NCBI GenBank assembly: GCA_010909165.1
Contig: VJWM01000106.1
Location: 496,001-560,000 of the forward strand
Direction of reading: 5' to 3'
Source of the DNA: Anthoceros angustus
Lineage: Eukaryota > Plantae > Anthocerotophyta
Length of the DNA stretch: 64,000 nucleotides
This document shows, one piece after another, positions 12,012 to 23,000 of the stretch; position 1 is the stretch's first letter, and every line of letters begins with the position of its first letter. A model generated the notes under the pieces. It worked only from the letters and a program-made list of their open reading frames with translations, ran no database searches and had not been told where the DNA came from. The translations under genes and the position numbers were made by a program.

Positions 12012-12366
12012 TACCGTACCCCAAGGGGTGATTCGGCGTTAATTAATTAAAATTAGTAAAATTTGAAAATCCAGAAATTATTATATTTAAAATGTTGAAT
12101 AGGTAAAAAATTATGAATTTATAATACCGAAAACATGGAAATTAGGGTTTGTGTGGAAAATTAGGGCCTATTTAGGGGAGGTATATACATATCCATTAGT
12201 TATATATATATACCTATGTATTTTAAAAAATATTGAAATTTGATAAAATTATTTTTTATAAATATTGAAATTTTGAAAAATATAAATATTTATGTTGAAC
12301 CTTATTTTTTTCAAAAAAATAATTATTTCGACATTACCCTGTTGAACCACCCCTCGGGGTACGGTA
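12012..12366. mobile_element. MITE-like element, about 355 bp, with 23-bp terminal inverted repeats
   Basis: Left end taccgtaccccaaggggtgattc; right end reverse complement taccgtaccccgaggggtggttc (21/23). The interior is very AT-rich and non-coding. The outer TA dinucleotides could be a Tc1/mariner-type TSD. Confidence 0.75.
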
Positions 12367-13861
12367 CTTAAAAATAGTCAAAACTATACGTTCATTACAA
12401 GTTATTTCGAAAAGAGATTGACCATCACCCACAAATGAAGTCAATGTTGCCAATAATCTTATAATTCATAAAGTAATATCACCCTTCTTATCATATGAGA
12501 AATTTTGAGACGACTCAAATATACAAGTATGGAATTAAGCATTGTCACTGCACAACCATGGCTTGCTCATCCATTTGTTTGGGCTTAGCTTTCTTTGCAG
12601 GATTCATTATAATATCAAATATTTGTTCACTTACAATCTCTAAGTTTAAAAGATAAAATCAGAAAGGAAATTAAAAAGGAAGTCATTATGCAAATTCGCA
12701 GCTGTAGATGAGCTCAAGAATCAGCTACACACCATAAAGAGAATAGTAATGGCCTCAAAATAATGGCCCCAACGCACCCGAATTGAGTGTTTTGACCCAT
12801 GTTCTTGAAGATTGTGCATGATTTTTGTATGACACTAGTTCATGTTAAACTCCCCTTTGTGGAAAATTCCGACCTCTACATTATAAAAACTAATTGAAAA
12901 CGAAACGAAACGATTCCTAATAAACTTAAGATCCTAATAAACCACTAGAGAAATGGAAACTATTACTATGTGGATACTAATCTGATGGTCCAGATTTTAT
13001 CATGATTTTTTCTTGGACTATGTGCCTTAGTTTTCTCAAAAAAAATAAAAAATAGACCAATACCTTTTCTCAAAATATCATATTATTTTCTGAAAATAAT
13101 AGAGCTCATACTCCTAGAAACAGCTTTTATAACACAATAGAAATTAGAAGCATCGGATAAGTACGCAGGTAGTAATGGCTCCGTTTCTTTAGAGATTTAT
13201 GAATTTATTAAAAGATCCGTTCGTGTTTCGACATGATATATTGGGCTAAAGTTTTCAATTAGTTTTTTGCTAGAGGACAAAATTTACTATTGAGGACATC
13301 TTAGCATGAACTAATGTCATGTAAAAATTGTGCATAATGTTATGGGTCAGAAGGCTCGATTTGAGAAAGTTGGGCATTGAGCATTGTGGTTGGGTACTAG
13401 AAAGTACGAATGAGTCATCAAGGCCACGAATATATACTTGATTAATATAATATACATTAGCCGTCCGCAACATGTTTAAGGAGAGAAAAAAGAATCATTG
13501 ATCAAAGGGCTGAAGCGACAAAGAAGGTGTAATCGAGTTTAAGGCATTTTAAAGCATAATGAGGTCATGAAACTTACTTGCACCCTCCAACAAAGATATG
13601 ACACCTGGCACGGACGAAGAAAGGGAGACCTTGGCTCTCTAACTCAAGGAAAATCTCGTGCATACTCTCCTCATACTTTGGCACCTCATACTGTTCCATA
13701 GTTCGGCTCTCTAACTCAAGAAAAATCTCTTGCACACAGATCCCATACTTTTGCATGGCGGGGGGTTGTCCTTTTCTTATTTTACAGTTTACTACAGACA
13801 GCGAGTCTCCATTGCCCTTCAAAGGTCGACGATAATCCTTCACAAGACGGCAACGGCAGGT

Positions 13862-14057
13862 AATGCTTCTTCCTTTACCTCTGTAATGCTTCTTCCTTTA
13901 CCTCTGTAGTTTGCAGGCCATGTATTCTTCCTGCATATGATGTCCTAGGAGCAATAGGTAACTTTACCTCTGTAATGCTTCTTCCTTTACCTCTGTAGTT
14001 TGCAGGCCATGTATTCTTCCTGCATATGATGTCCTAGGAGCAATAGGTAACTTTAGG
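13862..14057. repeat. Local tandem duplication of about 90 bp, with a nested 22-bp repeat
   Basis: ctttacctctgtaatgcttcttcctttacctctgtagtttgcaggcc...gagcaataggtaa occurs twice. Confidence 0.85.
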
Positions 14058-15791
14058 TAAGAAGCTTAATCACTCCTTTTCACATTGATCCCTGGGTCCA
14101 CCTTAGTTGACCCATGCCGGATGGGTTTTTTTCCATAAGTTTTTTTTCCTCAATAAAATATATACTACCTTTGGTACCTCATATATATATGTATTCTCTA
14201 TACATAGGTCCCTAGTACCTAGATATTACAGGCTATAAAACGTGAGAGATCGAAGAAAGCTATCCGGTTCAATATGTATCCCGGCTGCCGCTACTAGAAG
14301 GAGACCCTAATAAAGTTGTCGGCCAAACGGTGCGTCCTTTGGGGGTCATTAGAGTTATAGGATGAGGAGCCCTAACCACCGTAACTGACTTTTACAAAGT
14401 CCGGGCTGCTGTGTGTGATGAGAAAGGATGTGCCGACTCGGCCCGACTGTGCACCCTCCGTTTCGGCAACTGTCTTATTTCGCCCATGGCCGCCATTTAA
14501 AAAATACGTGCGGCACAGTTTGAATGCCAGAAAGAACGGAGTAGCACTAGGACCCGCCCCGCAAACAACGGTGATGCCGGCACCGATGCCTGAACCCGGC
14601 GCCGCGGTTTCCACTGCTCTGCAGCTGCACTGCACGCTGTGCACCCCGGCCGTCTGTGAAGCTTGCCATTCGGAGCTTCCTCCGGCATCGGCATCGGCAG
14701 CGGCAGCCCGGCCTCATCGCATTTGCACTCGCTGCTGAAATCGCCGCCTTTTCTGCCTCCCCCTGCACCAGCATGTGTCTAGTGCCCCGGGCTGCAACCA
14801 ATGTGCACTGTAGGAGCAGCCAGTGAGGCGCTGCGCCGAGCCTCGCCGGCAGCCGCTCCAGCTGGCCCTGTTCTGGATGGAATACGGTTCCAGTGGCCCG
14901 GATCTCTGCTGCGCCGATCCTTTGGAGAGTTGCTTTGGAATTCCGGCTTTCGGAGCCGGTCTCCGGCGGGCCGGGCCAATTACGCCTCCTGCACCTTCGC
15001 AAGGTTGAGAATTCGTGTCAGGGATGCTCCACAGGGTTATGGAGGCTTGTAAGGCCTGGCAGTTGCTCGATCGGGTTCTTCACGTTGATCAGGAAAGCGG
15101 AGCAGGAAATGTGGTTGACGAGCTTAGGATAGGATATGGTGAGGTTTCGGTACGGCGCAGGGCCGAGGAGCGCTGATGTGCTTGGAGTTTTGTGTGACGG
15201 AGAAGTTACAGTGAGGTGACGGATCGGCGGGAAGAGCTGCAGGCGGGAATCAGGTTGTAGCCATGGAGCAAACTGCAGGTCGGCTTTGCGCAGATGTTTT
15301 GCGGCGGGCTCGCCTGAGTTGCTCGACTTTGAATGTGCCTTGGAGGATGCGAGATCGCGTTTCTTGTCCCGCCGTGATGCTTCTCAACCTGCCGAAAACT
15401 CATGTTAGGGGATTGTGTTCTGTGATGCTAGCGAGCTTGTAGTGGATCTTTTCCACTATCAACTGAAGTTGATGCAAACTCAAGTAGTTGGTGAGAGATG
15501 AGTAACTGTTGGTGTAAGTGTGAGGCTGGAATTGGTCAGTGCGGCCCAAAGGTGCCCCGACTGAAGTCCCTATTCAACGCACACAAGCATTCCGATGAGC
15601 TATCCCTACGACGTGGGGACCGGCAGGCTGAACTTCAAGTCATATGGGAGGTGAGTCGAAATTCTGGCTGTGCATGGAGTGTGAGGAGGTCATGCTTGGC
15701 TTTCTTCATCGTACAGTCGAGATCCTGGCCCACACCACCGGCTATCTCTCAATTGCAAATTTGGCAATTGCACGTTTGATGACTGGAGGAA

Positions 15792-18700
15792 ATGGTACAG
15801 GAAGTTGGTGAAGACAAGACCGTGAGACTTGAAGAATTGAGGCAAGTCATTGCTGTTGCAGTGGACAAGGCTTATGACAAGGTATAATTTCTAACGGACA
15901 TTCCTGCACCGGCAGAACATGTATCTGTTCTGCTAGTATTTTTGTCAATTTCAAGTAAACCGCTTAGAGCTAGTCTCATTGTCTGTGGACCAGGCCTTGG
16001 AAGAGGCTGTGCGACGGCGCACAGCAATGGAGGAAAGTGTTTCAAATTCTGAAGCAAGATTGAAGGAGTTACTAGGCCCCTATGATGTCAAGGTACAGAC
16101 TAGTTTTATGAGCTATTTGTTCTGGTGTGAGAACTTGCATATGTGGTGACGGCAAGTGTCAACAAGTGTTCCTATATTTCAAGACCATGCTAAAATATGT
16201 GGGAGGGGTGTTTAGGCTATTGCTCCAAGGGATCTGCCACTGCAGATCAGACTAAATAACAATATGGCACGTCTGCATGAGCTCGACAGTGCAAGGGTTG
16301 GTGGATATGGCTGGGTTGGAGGTCTTGTTGTAATGGTAGAGCTTCGCCGCAGATTGATTGTACTGAGGGAGACATTAAAGTTGCCACCATGTAACACCTC
16401 AGCTGACCTTGATGAGGTAACTATACACCTTTCCCAAAAGGGTTGAGTCATTCACACTTCGCAGAGGAATTCTGCTCTAAGAGCCCCAAATACCTCTGCA
16501 GGTTCTGATGAATACAATGGAGGCCCTTACTGCTCTTTATCCTGGCAAAGTTTCCCCAGTGTCTTCCTTCAAGCTGGCCAGTGGAGATCAGAGAGCTGGA
16601 GAACAGAAGCCCATCTTTCAAGTATGTCCGGGCTTGTGTTGTGAACTCTGCTAAGTTTGTTTGGCGCAGGAAGCTTTGCACGCAACAGGATTGATGTGTA
16701 GCTGCAGAAATTTTACAATGGTTGGATTCCAATTGATGTGCATCCTTTGCATGCAGCGGTTGAAGCGTTTCTATCAAACTCTTCGTGCTATGGAGAATAC
16801 ATGGATTGAGACGTTTGCACAAAAGGTAGCACCGTAAAACCTTGCCTTCACAGTGATTGTGCTGTGTATGCATTAATATCCATTTAAAGGAAGTTGCTGA
16901 AGACAGCAGTACGTGCCTGTTGTACAAGAAGCCTTATATTCGATTGTTTGATGCTCAGAGTAATCTTCATGGTTCCATGTACAGTGGCAGTGACGGCGAA
17001 TCCAGTGTATGATAACCTCAGCCCTAGTAATGTGATGCTTTAGTGGATGTCTGGAGATAGTGTTCTGCTTAGCTGTAGAAATGGTAATATTGGGCCTGCC
17101 CTGTGACTTCAGGATGAGGAAAAAGTTCCCAGTGGTGTGGAGAACACTGAGAAGGCTGCCAAGGTGCACCTTCAAGGTATCTAGCTAATCATCTGCTAAT
17201 ACATGATGAATGCACTTCCATTACGCAAGTCACATGAATCCACTTGTTCTGCCACAGTGGCCCGGAACTGGTCCAGAGGTTGGAATTCAATGTGCAAGTG
17301 GTTTGTTGACAATGCAGAGTTGCAGGGGAAGAGAAGCTTCTGGGACAGAAACCGGGACTCCCATCGTCAGATAAAGGAGAGCTCACCCTCAACTCCTACT
17401 CAACACTTTCACTACTTGCAAAGGAGTACACGGAGCAAGTTCAGGAACAGTAAAAACAAAATCACAAAGCTGAAGAGTCATACCCTGGATGAATCCTTTG
17501 CATTGGAACAGCTGAGTAAGTGGATTGATTCAGTTGTACGTGTTGATCATGGAGTTTATGTAGTCCTGAGTAACCATGTCCCAATTCGTTTGTGGCATTG
17601 TGAACACATAGGTCACAAGATATTTTTCATGCTTGAAGAAATAAACAAGCATGCTAAATCTGCCGTGCAAACATCTGAGGATCAGGGAAGTCCTGTTTCG
17701 GAGGTTCTCAACGATATCTTGCAACCTGGCCAGGCATCCGTGCAAATCCCAGCAGATGAAGCACCGGAGAAATCAGATCTTATTAGCCAACAGGATCAAG
17801 AATCTGATTCGTGCTATTCTACAAAAGGATCGTGTACTCCAACATCAGTTCTTCCCCCTACCCCAGATGCTCTGCAGTCTTATCATGTGCACGTTGGAGC
17901 TGTACCTTTGCTTTGGCCTCCATCAGCCTTATTATTTGAGAAACAAGCACAGCCAAAGCAGGTGCGCCTGGAGAAGGGTGATAACCCAGTGGACATTGAT
18001 GCAGTGCCCCAATGTCTGGGACAAGGTTTTTTGCCTGAGCCTTCCATGTTGATGGGTTTCAATCCCATGCCAGTCTCTCCCAGAAGCAGTAGTAAGCCTA
18101 GGAGTGAGTCTCCCCTATTTGTGAACTTTACTCCTAACATGTTCAGCCCAGTTTTTGACCTGAAACCCGTTGACCTTTTCGGTGCCCATGAGAGAAAGGA
18201 GCCAGGTCAGAATGTACAACCAGATCCTCCTTTACCAGTCTCTCACAAGCAGGATGTTTCAGACAACAGACATCCTTTGCAAGATGTTGAGCTGAAGAGT
18301 AGGGACACTCCGTCCATGTTTATTCCTCTTGTACCTCCCTCCCTCCCTCCTCCCTCCTCCTCATCCTTCAGGAATAGCTGGGTCCAGTCGTCCCCCACCT
18401 CCACCACCACCACCTCCAGGCAAAGGCTCACTAAGGGTAAAAAAGACGTCCAAGCTGCGCAGGTCGTCGAAGATGGGGGTTTTGTATAGAACTATGAAAG
18501 GTAAATTGGAGGGGCGATATACAAGCCAGAAGAACAGCTCTGGTACAAGTTCACCCCTGCCAAAACCTTCAGCTAGTGCAAATGCACAAGGGGGCATGGC
18601 TGATGCACTTGCCGAGATCACGAAAAAGTAGGTGACACAATGCTGAAAGATATGGTTTTTATTAGTCATCTTGCCATCATGTATGTACCTTTGATGTTCT

Positions 18701-19858
18701 GACGTCATTGCTTATGTGGTCTTGCTTCGTGTGCCTCATCTTAACTCAAGTGGCCGAATTCTTATCTCAATGGCGGTGATTGCAGATCAGCCTATTTCCA
18801 AAAAATTGAAGATGATGTTCAACGGCATGCTGAATGTATACTAGAAACTAAGGTGGCTGTGGAGTCGTTTCAAACCTCAAACATGGATCAGCTGTTACGC
18901 TTCCATGAAAGCGTTGAGATCCAACTTGAAGACTTGACAGATGAGACACAGGTGAGTGGGAAGCACGTGTATGTGGTTATGTACGATGGGTGGTTCTAGG
19001 ATTTCTTGCTTTCCCAATATGCTGTGGAGGTCCTGGGCTGTATATCACACTAAATTGAGCTGCAATCCCCAGGTGCTGGCACGGTTTGAGGGATTCCCTA
19101 GTAAGAAGCTTGAAACTATACGTCTGGCAGCAGCTTTGTACTCCAAACTACTTTCCATGGCACAGCATGTGGAGAAATGGAGAGTTGATCCTCCTGCTTC
19201 AGAGCAACTTGATAGAGTCAATCTGTATTTTGAAAAGGTAAGGCTACAGGAGCAGTATTTGCTTAACAAAGTACCTGGCACCAACATCCCTGCGGGTGCC
19301 ATGATTGATGAAGCTCTTCTCATCGCTGCTTCTCCCTCTTACAAATTTACATTCTGCGAATCAATGCAGGTGAAGAAAGAGGTTGAAGCTGTGGAGAGGA
19401 ACAAGGAGGATGACATGAAGCGTTTCTCAGGGCACAAAATTCAGTTCGATTTCAGCATTGTTGTCCGGATCAAAGAAGGCATGGTTGGACTTGCCTCCCG
19501 TTGTGTAATCATGGCACTGGAAGTAAGTAACATGTCACAGCAGTCACTCCTGCGGGCAAGGGTACTATACAACATCTTGCTTGTCAGAGTTTTCAGTTTT
19601 TCAGTGAGCTGAGACTTATGTTCCCTGGTGCAGGAGAGTAAAAGAGTGAAATCCCTGACAATACAAGGCAATGGGGGAAACCCATCTTACGAGCTGACCA
19701 GAATGAAGATCTGTCTGCAAATGCTGTGGGGAGCTTTTCAGCTATCTTATCGCGTGTACAATTTCGCAGGCGGATGTGATGACGAAACAGAGAAGCTCAC
19801 GTCGGAGTTGGCAAACGAGATGGAGACTTATCCGTCTGCTGTGTGGGTTGTAACATAA
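15792..19858 (+). CDS. At4g04980/At1g61080-like protein (Pro-rich segment plus CHUP1/IPGA1-like C-terminal domain), multi-exon; one apparent frameshift in the poly-Pro run
   Basis: N-terminal VMVELRRRLIVLRETLKLPPC..DLDE|VLMNTMEALTALYP. C-terminal KLRRSSKMGVLYRTMKGKLEG, GGMADALAEITKK|SAYFQKIEDDV, DETQ|VLARFEGFPSKKLETIR, LWGAFQLSYRVYNFAGG. The frame changes at about 18340-18360. The start codon at 15792 is tentative. Confidence 0.85.
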
Positions 19859-20057
19859 TTATCAGGTTCGTAATTGGAAGGAAGAGAGCTCTCGAAAAAA
19901 ACGGAGTTCGTGGAGACATTGCTCATGTGACTGCTTCGCTCGTCGCCAAACCAAAATTTAGATTGGCAAAGGGTATGAAGACAGCAAAATTCACAGCTAC
20001 AGTTTGGTCACGTGACTATGTATGTCGATTTACAAGGGTCAAAGAATTGAGAGAGCT

Positions 20058-23000
20058 TTACCACTGTTTCTTCTTACGATACCAAAGCGTTAGGAAAGCT
20101 AAAAATCTAAAGAGAACACATAGGGCGGCCAACGCTGCCATGTCGATGCCAAGACGACCGTGATTCAGCGACCGGTTGTACTTGAGTTGCGTCCACACGA
20201 AGATGTTGTTCGCATCCACAAGACGCGGACAGTCACACAGAGGACATTTGCTGACGTCGTTTAAGCAGGCCATATTCGCTCCACCGTCCAGACACTCGGG
20301 CTTGTACGTGTCGCAGAAGAAGGCAATGGATGTCAAGCTGTTGAGAGCGTACTGCAGTGGGTTTGTCCAAAACATCCACTCAAAAGCCTTCAGCAGTAGC
20401 CTGTGCGTGATAACGGCACCGCCAGTTGACACCCACATACTGATGACAATTGGCACCAAAACAGCAGCAATCTGCACAGCCGGATTTTGAGTTAGCACCG
20501 TAACTGAACTCTGTAGAATCATTACCTGGCAGAAAAGATAATGCTTACCTGTGGAATAGGAGAAACCACTGCCAAAAACATGCCACAAAATGTGATAGCG
20601 AGCGTGAATTCCAGAAGGATGAACCAGTACTGGAAGAAGTCTTTCACATCTCCGACTGCGATTTGAGACATGCCAAGGAAGATGCCACAAAATATCATCG
20701 TGGCCACCGTAAGGTAAACAATCTGCATCAACAGTACGGCTCGTCAGACAATCATACACGCTTTCAGACGAATGCACAAAGCAACAGAAGCAGCGAAGTG
20801 CCATCTCCTTCATTCTGGGTTGCAGAGAACAATACCTCCGCTAAACCCCAGGCAATATTGTAGAGCAGAGGACTGTAGTGGTTGGCCGCTGCCTCTCTTA
20901 GATATACCAATCTGTGTGACAGAAGCTGTGGTATCACGTTCTGAGCATTGGTGATGCCCATAAGCACACAAGATATGAAGATGCTGAAGGCCCTTTTATT
21001 CATCTTCGGCGTTGTATGGTACTTTGCATCAAAGTAGACGGACCCGAGTAATAAACCCATGACCGTCACAAACATCATCCGCGCCCAGCTGTAGTTCACG
21101 TTTCTCCAATACATTTTCTGCATTCTCACCACAACCTCCGCCAACATTTGTCCTTGCGATGCACGGTAACCCGTTTCCATAAGCTCAGGACCAATCTTAG
21201 CCCGTCGCAATCTCTGCAGGTTCACATGGTTGTTCAGAGCCAGGTCACTCACTCGGTACTCAAACGCGTAATCCTTCACGGCGACAAGGTTTGCCACACC
21301 ATCTCCTATCACATCGATAGCAAAGGTGGAAGCATTCTTGTTTGGAGGGCACAGAGGTGTGCCTGGGATAGCTTCAAAATACTCCTGCAACACAACGATC
21401 GAAGACCACGATGCCCGGCAATTTGTCACAAATACTTTACATGAAAGGAGAGCTCTTGAAAGGAATGCTCGCATTATGCTCAACGACATACCCGCAGATA
21501 GTTGCCATTCTTGCCAACTGCACCAAAATAAACAATTGATCCACCCTTTTTCAGAACCGTAACGTTCGTGAATGCTGAAAGCAATCTTTGACTTGGATGT
21601 TGCAAACTACTGATAATGGTCCTTCCTGTTGCTGCGATATGCTGCAGAACATCCACAATAAGGTCACAGCAGTGAACTACCAACAAACTTGCTTCAGCAC
21701 AGCTATTCTCAACACGTACCCGGAGAGAGTCGATCACATTTACCGCAGCCTGGGTATCCAGTCCCTTCGTGGGTTCGTCAAGGAACATAACACTTGGATT
21801 GGACGCCAGTTCTGACGCTATAGACATTCGCACTGCCCGGTCTTTCGCCAACACATTCTCCCCCAATGAAAGTACCAATGCGTCCTCAAAGTGCTTGATT
21901 TCCACGAGGCTTAATATCTAAAAACGCAACCAGTAGGTCGTCAGCATTCTACCAGCGAAGACAAGGGGATTGGCACTTGAAGCTTTACCGATGGGCTGAT
22001 ATGATTGGACTACCTCTTCAACAAACTCTCTTCTGCTCTGAGCTGTCGAGTGCCTGCCAAGGCTCATAGTTGCACTGAAAGCAACTGCTTCTTTTACAGT
22101 CATGTAAGGTGGGTAGGACTCGAAAGCATCAACATATCCAATGACGTTTGAGAAGGTTTTCTGATTTCTCGGGAACCCATTGACTAAAATTTGCCCTCCT
22201 ACCCTGGACAAGTCCACCTTGCGTCCTGCACAACCGGAGATACGGAAGTTGTTAAGTCCAGAGGCATGGGAGACACACAAACGACACACCCAAGCTACCA
22301 AAAAGGTGGAGAACCTGCAAGGCAGTTGAGCAGAGTTGTCTTCCCTGAACCTGTACAACCCAATATGCCGAGCATGTCACCGGGTTCTGCCCAACCAGAT
22401 ACATACTTTAAAAGGGATCGAGTCTCTTGAATTTGGGGAATGAAAATGTCGAAGCTGAGTTCATGCCAGGACAGGGTCACTGGTACAGCTGTATGGGTGA
22501 GCTTCTGCCTTGCAGCCTCTGCCCATTCCACATCTTCCGCTGCAACTTGCATGGAGCTGGTATGCTTGTGCTGAGGAGAACAAGGTGAAAACAAACCACA
22601 GTGAGACCAAAAACACTCCCCAGATTGGCGATTTCAAAATTTCCAGCGTTGACATCCACAAAACACTTGCCTGACGGCTGTCGGGTACCCGAGGTGGTTC
22701 AATATGCCTGACTTTAGCGAGTGCAAGATACGCCAGTGTATTGAAAAGGATTATCCAACCAAGGATGCAAGCCACTGCAATACCGATCCAATGGTACCCG
22801 GTGTAGAATTGACCTTTCGCCAAGTATGCATGACCAATTGTGTTCTCAGGTCGGCCGACACACTGTGGCAGATTTAAGATATTGGGTATGTCTTTACACA
22901 GCATGCTGAAGCTGCCAGAGTGGAATTCGTTTATGACCAAGGCTGTGGTGCCCCACTGGAGAGGGTCGAGATAGTACATCCAGATCCAGTAACGAGGAAC

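Noticed and set aside
14372-15132. Protein-coding ORFs in the GC-rich island upstream of the CHUP1-like gene
   Set aside because: Overlapping ORFs in several frames show no recognisable motifs; it is more likely a promoter/5'UTR exon (donor at about 15004).
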